This document shows, piece by piece, positions 9,142 through 18,584 of a DNA stretch of 64,000 bases. The first letter of the stretch is position 1. Every line of letters begins with the position of its first letter. Location of the stretch: the NCBI GenBank assembly GCA_023133485.1, contig JAGLWK010000038.1, positions 25,352-89,351 of the forward strand, given 5' to 3'. A program made the translations under genes and the position numbers. Under the pieces are notes generated by a model, which ran no database searches, was not told where the DNA came from, and saw only the letters and a program-made list of their open reading frames with translations. The DNA is from Bacteroidales bacterium. GTDB lineage: Bacteria; Bacteroidota; Bacteroidia; Bacteroidales; B39-G9.

Positions 9142-10638
9142 TTAATTGAAATTTTCTTCTAAAAAGCGTTTTGCATTTCCATACATTAGTGATTTTACTC
9201 TGTCTTTTACATTATTTATATAATAATTAGTATCAGGGTCGGTTTTAGCCATTTTTGGTAACATTTTACATAATTTTCTTTCGAGTTTTTTAAATTTTTC
9301 AGAATTTTTACAGCAATTTACAGCATCTACCATTCCATCAAAATCAGAACCAATACAAATATGTTTCCATGCTTTTTCTCCCCCAACTTTTACAATATGA
9401 AGAATATTATTACATAGATGTCTAAGACGCTTATTAAAGATAAGTTTTAAATCATCAACATCAATTTTCTCATCTTCTTCTTTTTTTATTATGTCAAGGT
9501 TTATATATTTATTAAAATTAGAAGTAACAGTTTCTCTGTATTTTTCAAATTCTTCTTTACTGAAAATTTCATGAGATTTTTCTTCATCTACTCTAAATCC
9601 AAGTACTCTTTCATCTAATATTATTCCAATAATACCATTTGAATTTATAATAACAGGAATCTCTTCATCATACAAATTAATTGACCATGGATTAAATTCG
9701 GTATCCATTAAGCCTTTTGGGTCATCATATTCGACTGTAACATATTTATCATCTTCATTATCGATTTTTTTTATTGGCATTTTTTCCATGCTTACTCCAG
9801 TTGTTGCACAATGCGAAGCAATAATCGGCACATTACTATATTCAGGTTCTTTCAATAATTTGTAGTACTGTAATCTTGATTGTAAACTCATATGTTTAAC
9901 ATCAATTAATATTCTTTTTTCGTTATTTCCATTTTTAAGGGCTTTTTTAATTACTTTAAAACCTAATTCAGAAATACCAAATCCTTCAGGATAAAAATCT
10001 TCGTCTATAATAAATTTCATACCAAAAGCATGTGTACCTAACGGACATTTTGAAAGATGTGTAAGTGTAAGATGAAGTGTGCGATGACTAAACGACTTAA
10101 TTTCTTCAAGGTTTGAAATAACTTCATCATCAGTATAATTATTAACATCGTTAAACAGTGCATGTCCGCCTTCTAATGAAAAGATAATATTCAATTTGTC
10201 TCTATCTATTTCAGATATGCTACTTATAGGCTTAAATCCGAAAGATATATCTCTTGATAAAAGTAAATGCTCCCTTACCTGTTTATATATATCGTTATAA
10301 CCATATTGTCCTGAAGCTATTTTGCTTAATAAAGTTTGATCTAATTCATCCAATACTTTTGCAATATCTATTAAACTAATATTAATGTTTTTTAAAAAAC
10401 TTCCTTTTGCCATTGCCTTTTCAAGAGCATATAAACCAACGACAGCAATTTGTACTTTTCCTTTATCCATCTGAGAAAGAGAACATTGAGAATCAAGAAT
10501 ATCTCCTACTAATTTATCAATTAGTTCAAAAATACCAGTTACATCAACATCTTCCCAGCAATTTTCCCTGTTTTGTTCGTTATCAGCACTAAGGTAAGTT
10601 TTAAATGACGGGTGTGAATGAAAATCAATGTAGTTCAT
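9142..10638 (-). CDS. amidohydrolase-fold protein resembling membrane dipeptidase (peptidase M19) with large insertions
   Basis: Metal-ligand-like landmarks in M19 order: IDFHSHP at the N-terminus, LEGGHAL, LTLTHLS, IDVKHMS, ASHCA, CIGSDFDG. Confidence 0.45.
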   Translation of the reverse strand: MNYIDFHSHPSFKTYLSADNEQNRENCWEDVDVTGIFELIDKLVGDILDSQCSLSQMDKGKVQIAVVGLYALEKAMAKGSFLKNINISLIDIAKVLDELDQTLLSKIASGQYGYNDIYKQVREHLLLSRDISFGFKPISSISEIDRDKLNIIFSLEGGHALFNDVNNYTDDEVISNLEEIKSFSHRTLHLTLTHLSKCPLGTHAFGMKFIIDEDFYPEGFGISELGFKVIKKALKNGNNEKRILIDVKHMSLQSRLQYYKLLKEPEYSNVPIIASHCATTGVSMEKMPIKKIDNEDDKYVTVEYDDPKGLMDTEFNPWSINLYDEEIPVIINSNGIIGIILDERVLGFRVDEEKSHEIFSKEEFEKYRETVTSNFNKYINLDIIKKEEDEKIDVDDLKLIFNKRLRHLCNNILHIVKVGGEKAWKHICIGSDFDGMVDAVNCCKNSEKFKKLERKLCKMLPKMAKTDPDTNYYINNVKDRVKSLMYGNAKRFLEENFN

Positions 10639-10676
10639 AATTTTTTGTGTTAATAGTTGAAGGGTTTATATATGTA

Positions 10677-11081
10677 TTATTGTTCAAAGAAATTATTAAA
10701 TCCTTTAGCTTTCAATCCCTTTATTAATAAATTATCTCCTGTCCAAAAGCTACCGTTAAATTCTAAAACTAATGCTATAAAAGGTGTGTCTTTTTCATCA
10801 ATATCTTTACATAATTCATATGCATTATTTGCAGTTTCAAAACTTATTAATTCATCATTTACAAAATGTATCCTTTGAAGCATTTTGTTTAAAAACTCAT
10901 ATACCTCTTCTTCTGTACATTTTGCGTTTTTTATAAGTTTTTCTTTATGTTTAAAAATTTCTGAAATTAAAAAGTTGGGAGTATAGAAATCAATTGCAGG
11001 ATTTAATAAAATACTTCTGAATTTAGAATTTTTTGAAAGCAATGAAGAAAATATGATATTACTGTCAATAATTACAATCAT
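10677..11081 (-). CDS. PIN-domain toxin (VapC-like)
   Basis: 134 aa. The N-terminal MIVIIDSNIIFS carries the first PIN acidic residue, with later acidic residues (DEKDTPF, TGD). Overlaps the upstream small ORF by 4 nt. Confidence 0.7.
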   Translation of the reverse strand: MIVIIDSNIIFSSLLSKNSKFRSILLNPAIDFYTPNFLISEIFKHKEKLIKNAKCTEEEVYEFLNKMLQRIHFVNDELISFETANNAYELCKDIDEKDTPFIALVLEFNGSFWTGDNLLIKGLKAKGFNNFFEQ

Positions 11082-11299
11082 TTATCTCTGCTTAAATAAT
11101 TATTTTTATTGTTTTCCCACCATTTATCTTTAATTTGCTCTCCTAATTCAATTATTGAATCATCAAAATCAGCTTTCTTTGCTAAATATTCAATTCTAAA
11201 TCTTTCTAATAAATTAAGAAGTGTTTCTTTATCGAAATAAGATTTATCTAAACTAATTAAAAATTTTTTATCAGTTTTTTCAAATCGGATTGCTTTCAT
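11078..11299 (-). CDS. putative cognate antitoxin
   Basis: 73-aa ORF whose stop overlaps the PIN start by 4 nt. Family not recognised. Confidence 0.5.
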   Translation of the reverse strand: MKAIRFEKTDKKFLISLDKSYFDKETLLNLLERFRIEYLAKKADFDDSIIELGEQIKDKWWENNKNNYLSRDK

Positions 11300-11408
11300 A
11301 AATTATATTATTTCCTTAAAGTTACAAAAATTTATTGTAAAAATTACAAATTCGTAAATTTACGGTACTTTTATCTTTTGTTTTTTGTTTTTTGTCTTTT
11401 GTCTTTAA

Positions 11409-12947
11409 TTATCCTGCCCATCCTTCTCTGTCGAGACTTCGATAATGAATTGCTTCTGCAAGATGTTCTGGTTTAATATTTTCGCTTTTATCAATATCTG
11501 CTATTGTTCTGCTGACTTTTAAAATTCTATCGTATGCTCTTGCTGATAATCCGAGTTTTTCCATAGCATTTTTTAATAATACCTGACATTCACTATCAAG
11601 GTTTGCAAATTTATTCAATAATTTTGATGACATCTGGGCATTGCAATAAACATTTTTATTGTTTTTAAATCTTTCAGCTTGAATATTTCTGGCTTCAATA
11701 ACCCTGTTTCTAATACTTTCGCTGCTTTCAATTTCTATTTTTTCTGATAATTGACTAAAAGGCACAGGTATTACTTCAAGATGTATATCAATTCTATCTA
11801 AAAGCGGACCTGAAATTTTATTTAGATATTTTTGTACAATTCCCGGAGTGCAAACACAATCTTTGTCAGGATGATTATAATAACCACAAGGGCATGGGTT
11901 CATTGATGCAACAAGCATAGTGCTTGCAGGATATTCAACAGAAAATTTTGCTCTTGAAATTGTTATTACTCTATCTTCTAATGGTTGACGCATAACTTCT
12001 AACACTGTTCGTTTAAATTCCGGCAATTCATCTAAAAACAGAACTCCATTATGAGAAAGAGAAATTTCACCGGGTTGAGGATATGTTCCTCCGCCAACCA
12101 GAGCAACATCACTAATAGTGTGATGTGGAGACCTAAAAGGACGATGCGACATTAAAGAAGTTTCTTTATTTATTTTGCCGGCAACAGAGTGTATTTTAGT
12201 GGTTTCTAATGCTTCTTCTAATGTTAGCGGTGGAAGAATTGATGGCATCCGTTTTGCTAACATGGTTTTACCGGCACCGGGTGGGCCTATCATGATTACA
12301 TTATGTCCTCCTGCTGCTGCGACTTCTAATGCTCTTTTAACATTTTCCTGACCTTTAACATCCTGAAAATCAATATCACCTTTTTTTAAATTAGAATAAA
12401 ATTCTGCACGTGTATCAATAACAGTAGGTTTTAATTTACTATCACCATTAAAAAAGCCGATTACTTCTTTTATATTATTCACCCCATAAACATCAAGCTC
12501 ATTAACAACAGCAGCTTCTTTTACATTTTGTACAGGTAAAAAAAAGCCTTTAAACTTTTCCTGCCTTGCTTGTACTGCAATCGGTAAAACTCCTTTTATT
12601 GGTTGCAATGTGCCATCTAAAGAAAGTTCTCCCATTATGATATATTTGTCAATATCCTTATTGTCAATTTGTTCTGTGGCGGCTAAAATACCAATTGCTA
12701 AAGTGAGATCATAAGACGAACCCTCTTTTCGTATATCAGCAGGAGCCATATTAATCACTAATTTTTGTTTTGGCATTTTGTATCCGTTGGTTCGTAGTGC
12801 CGAATCAATTCTTTGCTGACTTTCTTTTACTGCACTGTCGGGCAATCCTACCAAGAAGAAATTAATACCTTTAGAAACATTAACTTCTACTGTAATTGTT
12901 GTTGCATCAATGCCATGAACTGCAGCACCGTATGTTTTTACGAGCAT
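11409..12947 (-). CDS. yifB: YifB/ComM family Mg-chelatase-like AAA+ ATPase
   Basis: N-terminal Lon-protease-like domain (GIDATTITVEVNV), Walker A GPPGAGKTM, Walker B LFLDELPEF, and a Cys cluster CPCGYYNHPDKDCVC. Full length, 512 aa. Confidence 0.9.
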   Translation of the reverse strand: MLVKTYGAAVHGIDATTITVEVNVSKGINFFLVGLPDSAVKESQQRIDSALRTNGYKMPKQKLVINMAPADIRKEGSSYDLTLAIGILAATEQIDNKDIDKYIIMGELSLDGTLQPIKGVLPIAVQARQEKFKGFFLPVQNVKEAAVVNELDVYGVNNIKEVIGFFNGDSKLKPTVIDTRAEFYSNLKKGDIDFQDVKGQENVKRALEVAAAGGHNVIMIGPPGAGKTMLAKRMPSILPPLTLEEALETTKIHSVAGKINKETSLMSHRPFRSPHHTISDVALVGGGTYPQPGEISLSHNGVLFLDELPEFKRTVLEVMRQPLEDRVITISRAKFSVEYPASTMLVASMNPCPCGYYNHPDKDCVCTPGIVQKYLNKISGPLLDRIDIHLEVIPVPFSQLSEKIEIESSESIRNRVIEARNIQAERFKNNKNVYCNAQMSSKLLNKFANLDSECQVLLKNAMEKLGLSARAYDRILKVSRTIADIDKSENIKPEHLAEAIHYRSLDREGWAG

Positions 12948-13035
12948 ATTTTTATAACTAAATAAATAAAATATTAAAATTTATTTTTTGTAACTAATCA
13001 GTGTTAATAATATTAATAAAAGCATTTGTTTAAAT

Positions 13036-13160
13036 GCCACAGATTCACAGATTTTTAAAGAACAATTTAAATACTATAAAAAAGATACTTAATAAATTAA
13101 AGCTGAACAGTAATTCAAAATATTTATTTTCCAAGTTAATAAAATCTGTGAATCTGTGGC
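13036..13160. repeat. inverted-repeat element with perfect 20-nt arms (GCCACAGATTCACAGATTTT / AAAATCTGTGAATCTGTGGC)
   Basis: Arms at 13036-13055 and 13141-13160 are exact reverse complements, separated by an 85-nt AT-rich spacer. A related copy is at 40443-40585. Confidence 0.85.
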
Positions 13161-13219
13161 AAAACTATTCAATTATTTCGTTTAATAGAATTACTGGTTT
13201 TATATAAATTGAGTCGTTA

Positions 13220-14692
13220 CTATTTTTTAAAAAATATAAATTTCTTCTTTTCCTTTTCATTTTGCTTTTTTCTTTCTTCTCTTAACTCTAATTTTTGTTC
13301 CATTTCTTTTATCCAGATACAACCTGGTTTACGTGGGCATTTTTCTTTATGATCACAACCAAAGAACAGGTTAAAACCAAAACGGATGTTTAAACTTCTT
13401 GTAGATAATGGCCATATCATACCGGTAACATTATCGCTTACAATATAGAATTGAGCGATTTTTCCCCGAAATCCCAATCCTAAACCAACATTGTTATAGA
13501 TATTATTTAAAATAGAATAACTAACCGAGGTAGATAAAAACCTAAAGATATTTGTGTTTGCTGAAAGTGTAAAAGATGGTAATATCCTTTTTTGAAAAAC
13601 TTTAATTTTTGTTAAAGCACCGAAATTTATTTTCCTGTTTAAAGAATAAGTGCTTCCAAGGTATAATTGAGTGGGCATCCAATAAAAATATGCTTTCTTT
13701 ATTGCGGGGTCATATTGAAATTCTGTTAAAAAAGTATCTGCAATTTCTGTAAAATAGTTATTAATATCATTTATGGCATCTTCCCCTTCGATACCTCTAA
13801 AAGTAAATTTCCCATCCTGAGTAACATTATTCAAATTACTACGCCAGCGAATAAATCCGAGATCAATTATGCTTGCATAATAAGTAAAATAATCATCGTA
13901 TTTATAAATAGCACCAAGGTCAAAAGCAACACCCCAATTTTTTCTGTTTAAAATCAAGCCTTTTATTGATTGGCTATCATCATATGAAAAATCTGTAAGA
14001 TTTGGATTAACAATTATTGGTAATGAAGCATTTAATATTGCATCGGATTGTATAGTTAAATACATTGTATTGTCATCTGTTAAAAGAAAAAGGTCAGATT
14101 TTTTTGTATTTAGATTTAATTTACCAAACAGAAGTTTTCCTTTAACACCAATAGTTAAGTATTCATCTTTTATCATAGAAGCCCCAAGAGCAAATTCGCG
14201 ATAATGAATAAAATTTACTCCCAATCTGTCTAATCTTGCTTTTTTATTTTTTTGTAGAAAATAATCATTTCCATTCCATGCTAAACCTATTATATCTTTA
14301 GGAAAACCGATATCAATATTGTTTTTTTCTGCAATATTGAAAGTAAAATAAAATTTATCATAATTATAGCCAATTGATAACAAGTTTAAATGCAATTCAG
14401 TAGAAATATAATCAATTCTGTGTAGTTTTTTTAATAACAAATCAGGGTCCATACTTTTTTTAACAAATTGATTATAACTAAGAAAAGTATTACTTATGTT
14501 CAAATAAATGGATGAAAGAACAGGAAGTCCGATAAACAATTTACATTCATCCTGAAAGGCAGGATTAAGCCAGTTTGATTGAGGTAATCTATGCATATAA
14601 TACATAGTATTACTTTGTTGTCCCTTCAGAACGGTAAAATTAATTACCAAAACAAATATCAGGAAAAACAATTTTTGAATTTTGTTTATCAT
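13220..14692 (-). CDS. putative outer-membrane beta-barrel protein, distantly PorP/SprF-like at the N-terminus
   Basis: Signal peptide, then QQSNTMYYMHRLPQSNWLNPAF (compare the QYMFN..NPAYAG start of PorP/SprF). Alternating beta-strand-like pattern and a basic K/E-rich tail. Confidence 0.4.
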   Translation of the reverse strand: MINKIQKLFFLIFVLVINFTVLKGQQSNTMYYMHRLPQSNWLNPAFQDECKLFIGLPVLSSIYLNISNTFLSYNQFVKKSMDPDLLLKKLHRIDYISTELHLNLLSIGYNYDKFYFTFNIAEKNNIDIGFPKDIIGLAWNGNDYFLQKNKKARLDRLGVNFIHYREFALGASMIKDEYLTIGVKGKLLFGKLNLNTKKSDLFLLTDDNTMYLTIQSDAILNASLPIIVNPNLTDFSYDDSQSIKGLILNRKNWGVAFDLGAIYKYDDYFTYYASIIDLGFIRWRSNLNNVTQDGKFTFRGIEGEDAINDINNYFTEIADTFLTEFQYDPAIKKAYFYWMPTQLYLGSTYSLNRKINFGALTKIKVFQKRILPSFTLSANTNIFRFLSTSVSYSILNNIYNNVGLGLGFRGKIAQFYIVSDNVTGMIWPLSTRSLNIRFGFNLFFGCDHKEKCPRKPGCIWIKEMEQKLELREERKKQNEKEKKKFIFFKK

Positions 14693-14694
14693 AT

Positions 14695-15399
14695 TTAGAT
14701 TTCAATTTCTAATCCAACTCTCAGACCTAATTGTGTGTAAAGTGAATAATTTGACTTGAATTTTACAGTATCCTGAAGAATATCCAAAGGGTCTCTTGTA
14801 GTAGGAAGGTTTAACTTAATAACAATCCATTCAACTTGTTTAAGATTTTGAATTCTGTTTTCACTAAACGTCAAACGATAATTTTCAGTATCAGAGCTTG
14901 TTACAATTCCTTCGTCATTCAAATTTCCATGTTCAAATATTTTCCATGACTCATCAGCAAAAAGCGAATCAATAGGTATACTATATACATCATGACTATA
15001 ATTAATGTAAAAGTATATTTGTGCCGATGTAGTAGTAGGAAAACCGTTGTTTATATTCAAACTGAATTCTATGCTTTTTAATGTTTCAAATTCTGCTGCT
15101 AAACTTTCAAAAGGAAAATGAAGAGCGCCGACAAGTTCAATTTTTTCCAAAGATATATTATAATGAAACCCGTCAAAGTAAATAGGTACACTATCAGAAG
15201 CGATTTTTAAGATACTTGTATCAATGCCAAAATCTTCAATTGTGGCTTTTATGGTAGTACTACCAATTGGTACAGCAAAAGCAGGAGACCATGTTTTTGG
15301 GAAGTCGGGATCATTATCAATATTTTTTATACAGGAATAAAAAATTATTAGTAAAAAAATTATAAAAGCTTTTAAAAAGGTAGCCTTAAATATCTTCAT
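14695..15399 (-). CDS. lipoprotein of unknown function
   Basis: Signal peptide with the lipobox-like IFYSC. The stop is 2 nt upstream of the start of the downstream barrel gene. Confidence 0.5.
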   Translation of the reverse strand: MKIFKATFLKAFIIFLLIIFYSCIKNIDNDPDFPKTWSPAFAVPIGSTTIKATIEDFGIDTSILKIASDSVPIYFDGFHYNISLEKIELVGALHFPFESLAAEFETLKSIEFSLNINNGFPTTTSAQIYFYINYSHDVYSIPIDSLFADESWKIFEHGNLNDEGIVTSSDTENYRLTFSENRIQNLKQVEWIVIKLNLPTTRDPLDILQDTVKFKSNYSLYTQLGLRVGLEIEI

Positions 15400-15685
15400 T
15401 ATTGTATTAAAATAAACTTATTAACCCGAAAAATTAGCTTCGCTGAAACCACTTCGTTTAGTTCATAATTTTTTTACGCATAAGAAATACCAACAAATTT
15501 GTTGTTTTTAACAACCCCAAATTTGGGTGCTTCTAATGCGGGATTTACTTTCAGTGAGACCACTTCGTTTAGTTCCCGCTTTACTTCCCCTTATCCGTCG
15601 CACATTCATACAATTCACTCCGTTTTTGTATGAATAAAGCAGGTTAATGTAAACAAGATATTACAGAAAATCAAGTATTCAAAAT

Positions 15686-16258
15686 TTATTTTTTTAGATT
15701 TTTTTCTAAATAGTGTATTAGTGAATGTATTATTTTAATATGTATTTCCTGTACTCTGTCGGCATATTCTGAGAAAGGTGCCCTAATTTCAATATCACAT
15801 ATTTTTGCTAATTTACCACCATCTTTTCCTGTTAATGCAATTACTTTAATTCCTTTATTTTTAGCAACTTCGCAAGCGTTTATTATATTTTGTGAATTGC
15901 CGCTTGTGCTTATTGCGAGTAAAATATCGCCTTTGTTTCCAAGAGCATTTAGATATCTTGAAAATATTTGGTCATAACCATAATCATTAGCAGTGCAACT
16001 CATATGTGTAGGGTCTGAAATTGAAATTGCAGGAATTGGTTTTCTGTCGTTTCGAAATCTTCCGGTTAATTCTTCGGCAAAGTGCATTGCATCAGCCATT
16101 GAACCGCCGTTGCCACAAGAGAATATTTTTTTGCCATTATTAATAGCAAGAACTAATTCTTTGGCAGCTTTTTCAACAATTAGAAAATTATCTTGGTTTG
16201 ATATAAATTCGTCTAACAAATTTTTGGCTTCAATAAAATTGTTTTTAATTAATTGCAT
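15686..16258 (-). CDS. gmhA: D-sedoheptulose-7-phosphate isomerase (SIS domain)
   Basis: CGNGGSMADAMHFAEEL, ISTSGNSQNI and EIHIKIIH motifs at the typical 190-aa length. Confidence 0.85.
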   Translation of the reverse strand: MQLIKNNFIEAKNLLDEFISNQDNFLIVEKAAKELVLAINNGKKIFSCGNGGSMADAMHFAEELTGRFRNDRKPIPAISISDPTHMSCTANDYGYDQIFSRYLNALGNKGDILLAISTSGNSQNIINACEVAKNKGIKVIALTGKDGGKLAKICDIEIRAPFSEYADRVQEIHIKIIHSLIHYLEKNLKK

Positions 16259-16427
16259 GTTCTGTTATAATATTATAGTTGTTGTTTCGGTTTTTTTAAT
16301 ATATTTTTTCCTGGTTATAAAGCAAAAATACAAATTTTTAGAATGATATGAAAATATTGTTTTTTTAGGTTGGTAATAACGATTGGTATATATTTTGAAG
16401 CGGATTATTTACTACTTCATTTTAATT

Positions 16428-16808
16428 CTATTTAAATGTTTTTCGAATCTTTCTTTTAAAATATCTTTTTATTCTTTGATAAGACCTTGAATCAGGTATT
16501 AATAAATCAATATTTTCTGAGTTCTCCGCTATAATGAAAGCTTTTCTCCATTCGTCCTCGAAACCCTTAATAAAATAAATTTGTAAACTTAATTTTAGAT
16601 TGGTTTTTGACCATTTATTGATTTTAATACTATCCCATACCATTTTATACTTTATTCTTTCAGGTTGTCCAAAATCCTTTTTTAATTCTTGATAAAATTC
16701 TTTATAATCTGTATCAATTGTGAAAGAAATATGTGAGATTTCTCGTCCACCATCCAAGATACTTATTCCATTCTTGATAATGTAATAATTATTCTGACCA
16801 TTAATAGC
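16428..16808 (-). pseudogene. 5'-truncated or non-ATG-initiated hypothetical gene fragment
   Basis: The reading frame is open up to 16808 with no ATG. The ORF track starts it at a TTG (16757). It lies next to the GC-rich island. Confidence 0.35.
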
Positions 16809-17144
16809 TCAAATCTTTCATATTGTAAAACAGTTTAAAAGTAGTAATAATCAATCAAATAGCAATGAAGCAAGGCTTATTTTATACAATGTTATATACT
16901 GGCCGCATCTTCCTTTCAGTTTAGTATTCACCTATCCACAAAGCACAAAAATTGTTTTAGTTTTTTAAGGTGGGGAAATCCAAATTGCCCGACAACTAGC
17001 GGGCAAAAATCAATGTTGAATTGGTAACGTTTAAAGCAAATTTTCTTTTTGTTAGATGATGAGTTCTCCAATAACTACCTGAAGTATAAAGTTTTCAATA
17101 GTTATTTAGTCGAATACATATTGACTAAGTTTCCGCTAATTAGG

Positions 17145-18269
17145 TCATTCCCTTATAGATAAGGAATACATAATAGAATTGCCTTCGATATGGTATACAA
17201 AGTCGAGATCGATTCGATCAAACAATATTACGATATGCCCCCAGAGACAGCTTTCGAATTCTTCGAGTGTTACATCAAGCATTGGGTAGTTAAAATATTC
17301 TGCATAGGGTCTGTTGGATCTCATGGTTACTAAACTGTCAGTCTCGGACAGAATTTCGAAGTTACCATTCTCGTAATTTGTAATGATAAAATTAAGAAGC
17401 TGTACGGCAGGCTCGAGACCTTGTCCCCACATGCTTTCCAAAGAATGAGAGTTGCCAACAAACCATGCAAAATCATCTGCCGTTTCTCCAAGGCTTTTTG
17501 CGTAAGAAATTCCAGTACAAATGTAGTAGTCTGTTCGCCAGACTGCGTAGTCTGCTACTTCTTCAATGGTGTGAGTTGCGAGCTTGATCCTCTGATAATC
17601 CAATCCGAATGTATAAGAAGTGGATACCGACGGATTATTAACTATATATGTTATATAATCAGCGTAATATCCTGAATATTTCAATGTATCTCCTACAGTA
17701 AATAGAAAGTCTTTATTGCTCCCGGTTTTTAGCATGGTATTATGCGTTTCGGTTTGCACCTGATGTTGATACAAAATCTTTGATTTGGCATTTCCCGCCG
17801 AGAGGCTTATTGCCTTTGAGGTAAGAGTTGTTTCGTCCATTTGGATATTGAATAGATATATCCCGTTATTCTCAGGAATAAAATTACAATTGTGTGTGCC
17901 AGAAGTAAGTTGCTTACTCCAGTCTGCAACAAGTTGTCCAGCAATATTACTAACCATAATATGTACCTTCCCATAATCTTTTACATAAAAATTAATGTTG
18001 GCACTTGTGTGAAAGGGATTTGGGTACACCTGAATTATTGAATATTCTGCAATCATAGGCACAGTAACAATTTCACCAGTGGTAAGATTAAAACCAGAAT
18101 CACCAGGAATGGTAATACTGGCATCCTGTGAGAGGTTTTCAATTTTTACACTGTCGAGAGTGACTGGTGTTTCTGTTTCCAGAATTTCACCTGAAAAATT
18201 GATGATAATGTCTTGTGCATAAGTTTGAATGGCAAAAATTGGCAATACAAGAAATAATATTCGTTTCAT
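17145..18269 (-). CDS. secreted protein with an internal T9SS-type sorting (CTD) domain followed by about 215 extra residues
   Basis: Signal peptide. Residues about 78-158 (VYPNPFHTSANINFYV...GKVHIMVSNIAGQLV...SGTHNCNF...NGIYLFNIQMDETTLTSKAISL) match the Por secretion C-terminal sorting domain pattern. GC content is visibly higher than in the flanks. Confidence 0.6.
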   Translation of the reverse strand: MKRILFLVLPIFAIQTYAQDIIINFSGEILETETPVTLDSVKIENLSQDASITIPGDSGFNLTTGEIVTVPMIAEYSIIQVYPNPFHTSANINFYVKDYGKVHIMVSNIAGQLVADWSKQLTSGTHNCNFIPENNGIYLFNIQMDETTLTSKAISLSAGNAKSKILYQHQVQTETHNTMLKTGSNKDFLFTVGDTLKYSGYYADYITYIVNNPSVSTSYTFGLDYQRIKLATHTIEEVADYAVWRTDYYICTGISYAKSLGETADDFAWFVGNSHSLESMWGQGLEPAVQLLNFIITNYENGNFEILSETDSLVTMRSNRPYAEYFNYPMLDVTLEEFESCLWGHIVILFDRIDLDFVYHIEGNSIMYSLSIRE

Positions 18270-18584
18270 GGCTCTATGTTTTACTTATTATTTATCAAAG
18301 TAATTTACGACAATTAAAAGCCATTTTCAAATTTATTTAACTAACAATGAAACTTTTAACAAAGTACAATCTTGTTTAGGTAACACAGATGAAAGGGAAA
18401 AAACCTAAATTGCTTGAAAAGCAAAAGCGCGTTGGCAAAAAAGCTAAAACAATTTTCTTTCAAGTTGCACTGTTCTTTCATAAAAATAATTTATGCGGCT
18501 TGTATTATAACATTTGGATATATCGAAAGGTGAATATATTTCTCTTAAACAATAAGTCCAAATTTTTTAAGAAGTCATATCAAA

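Noticed and set aside
15604-15635. Hairpin ATTCATACAA...TTGTATGAAT as the gmhA terminator
   Set aside because: The stem is present, but on the minus strand it is not followed by a T-run. I left it as part of the unexplained structured spacer rather than calling a terminator.
16981-17010. Hairpin TTGCCCG-ACAACTA-CGGGCAA as terminator of the GC-rich island gene
   Set aside because: It is plausible, but it is about 140 nt from the stop and lacks a clear T-tract on the relevant strand. It could equally be part of the inserted element, so I did not call it.
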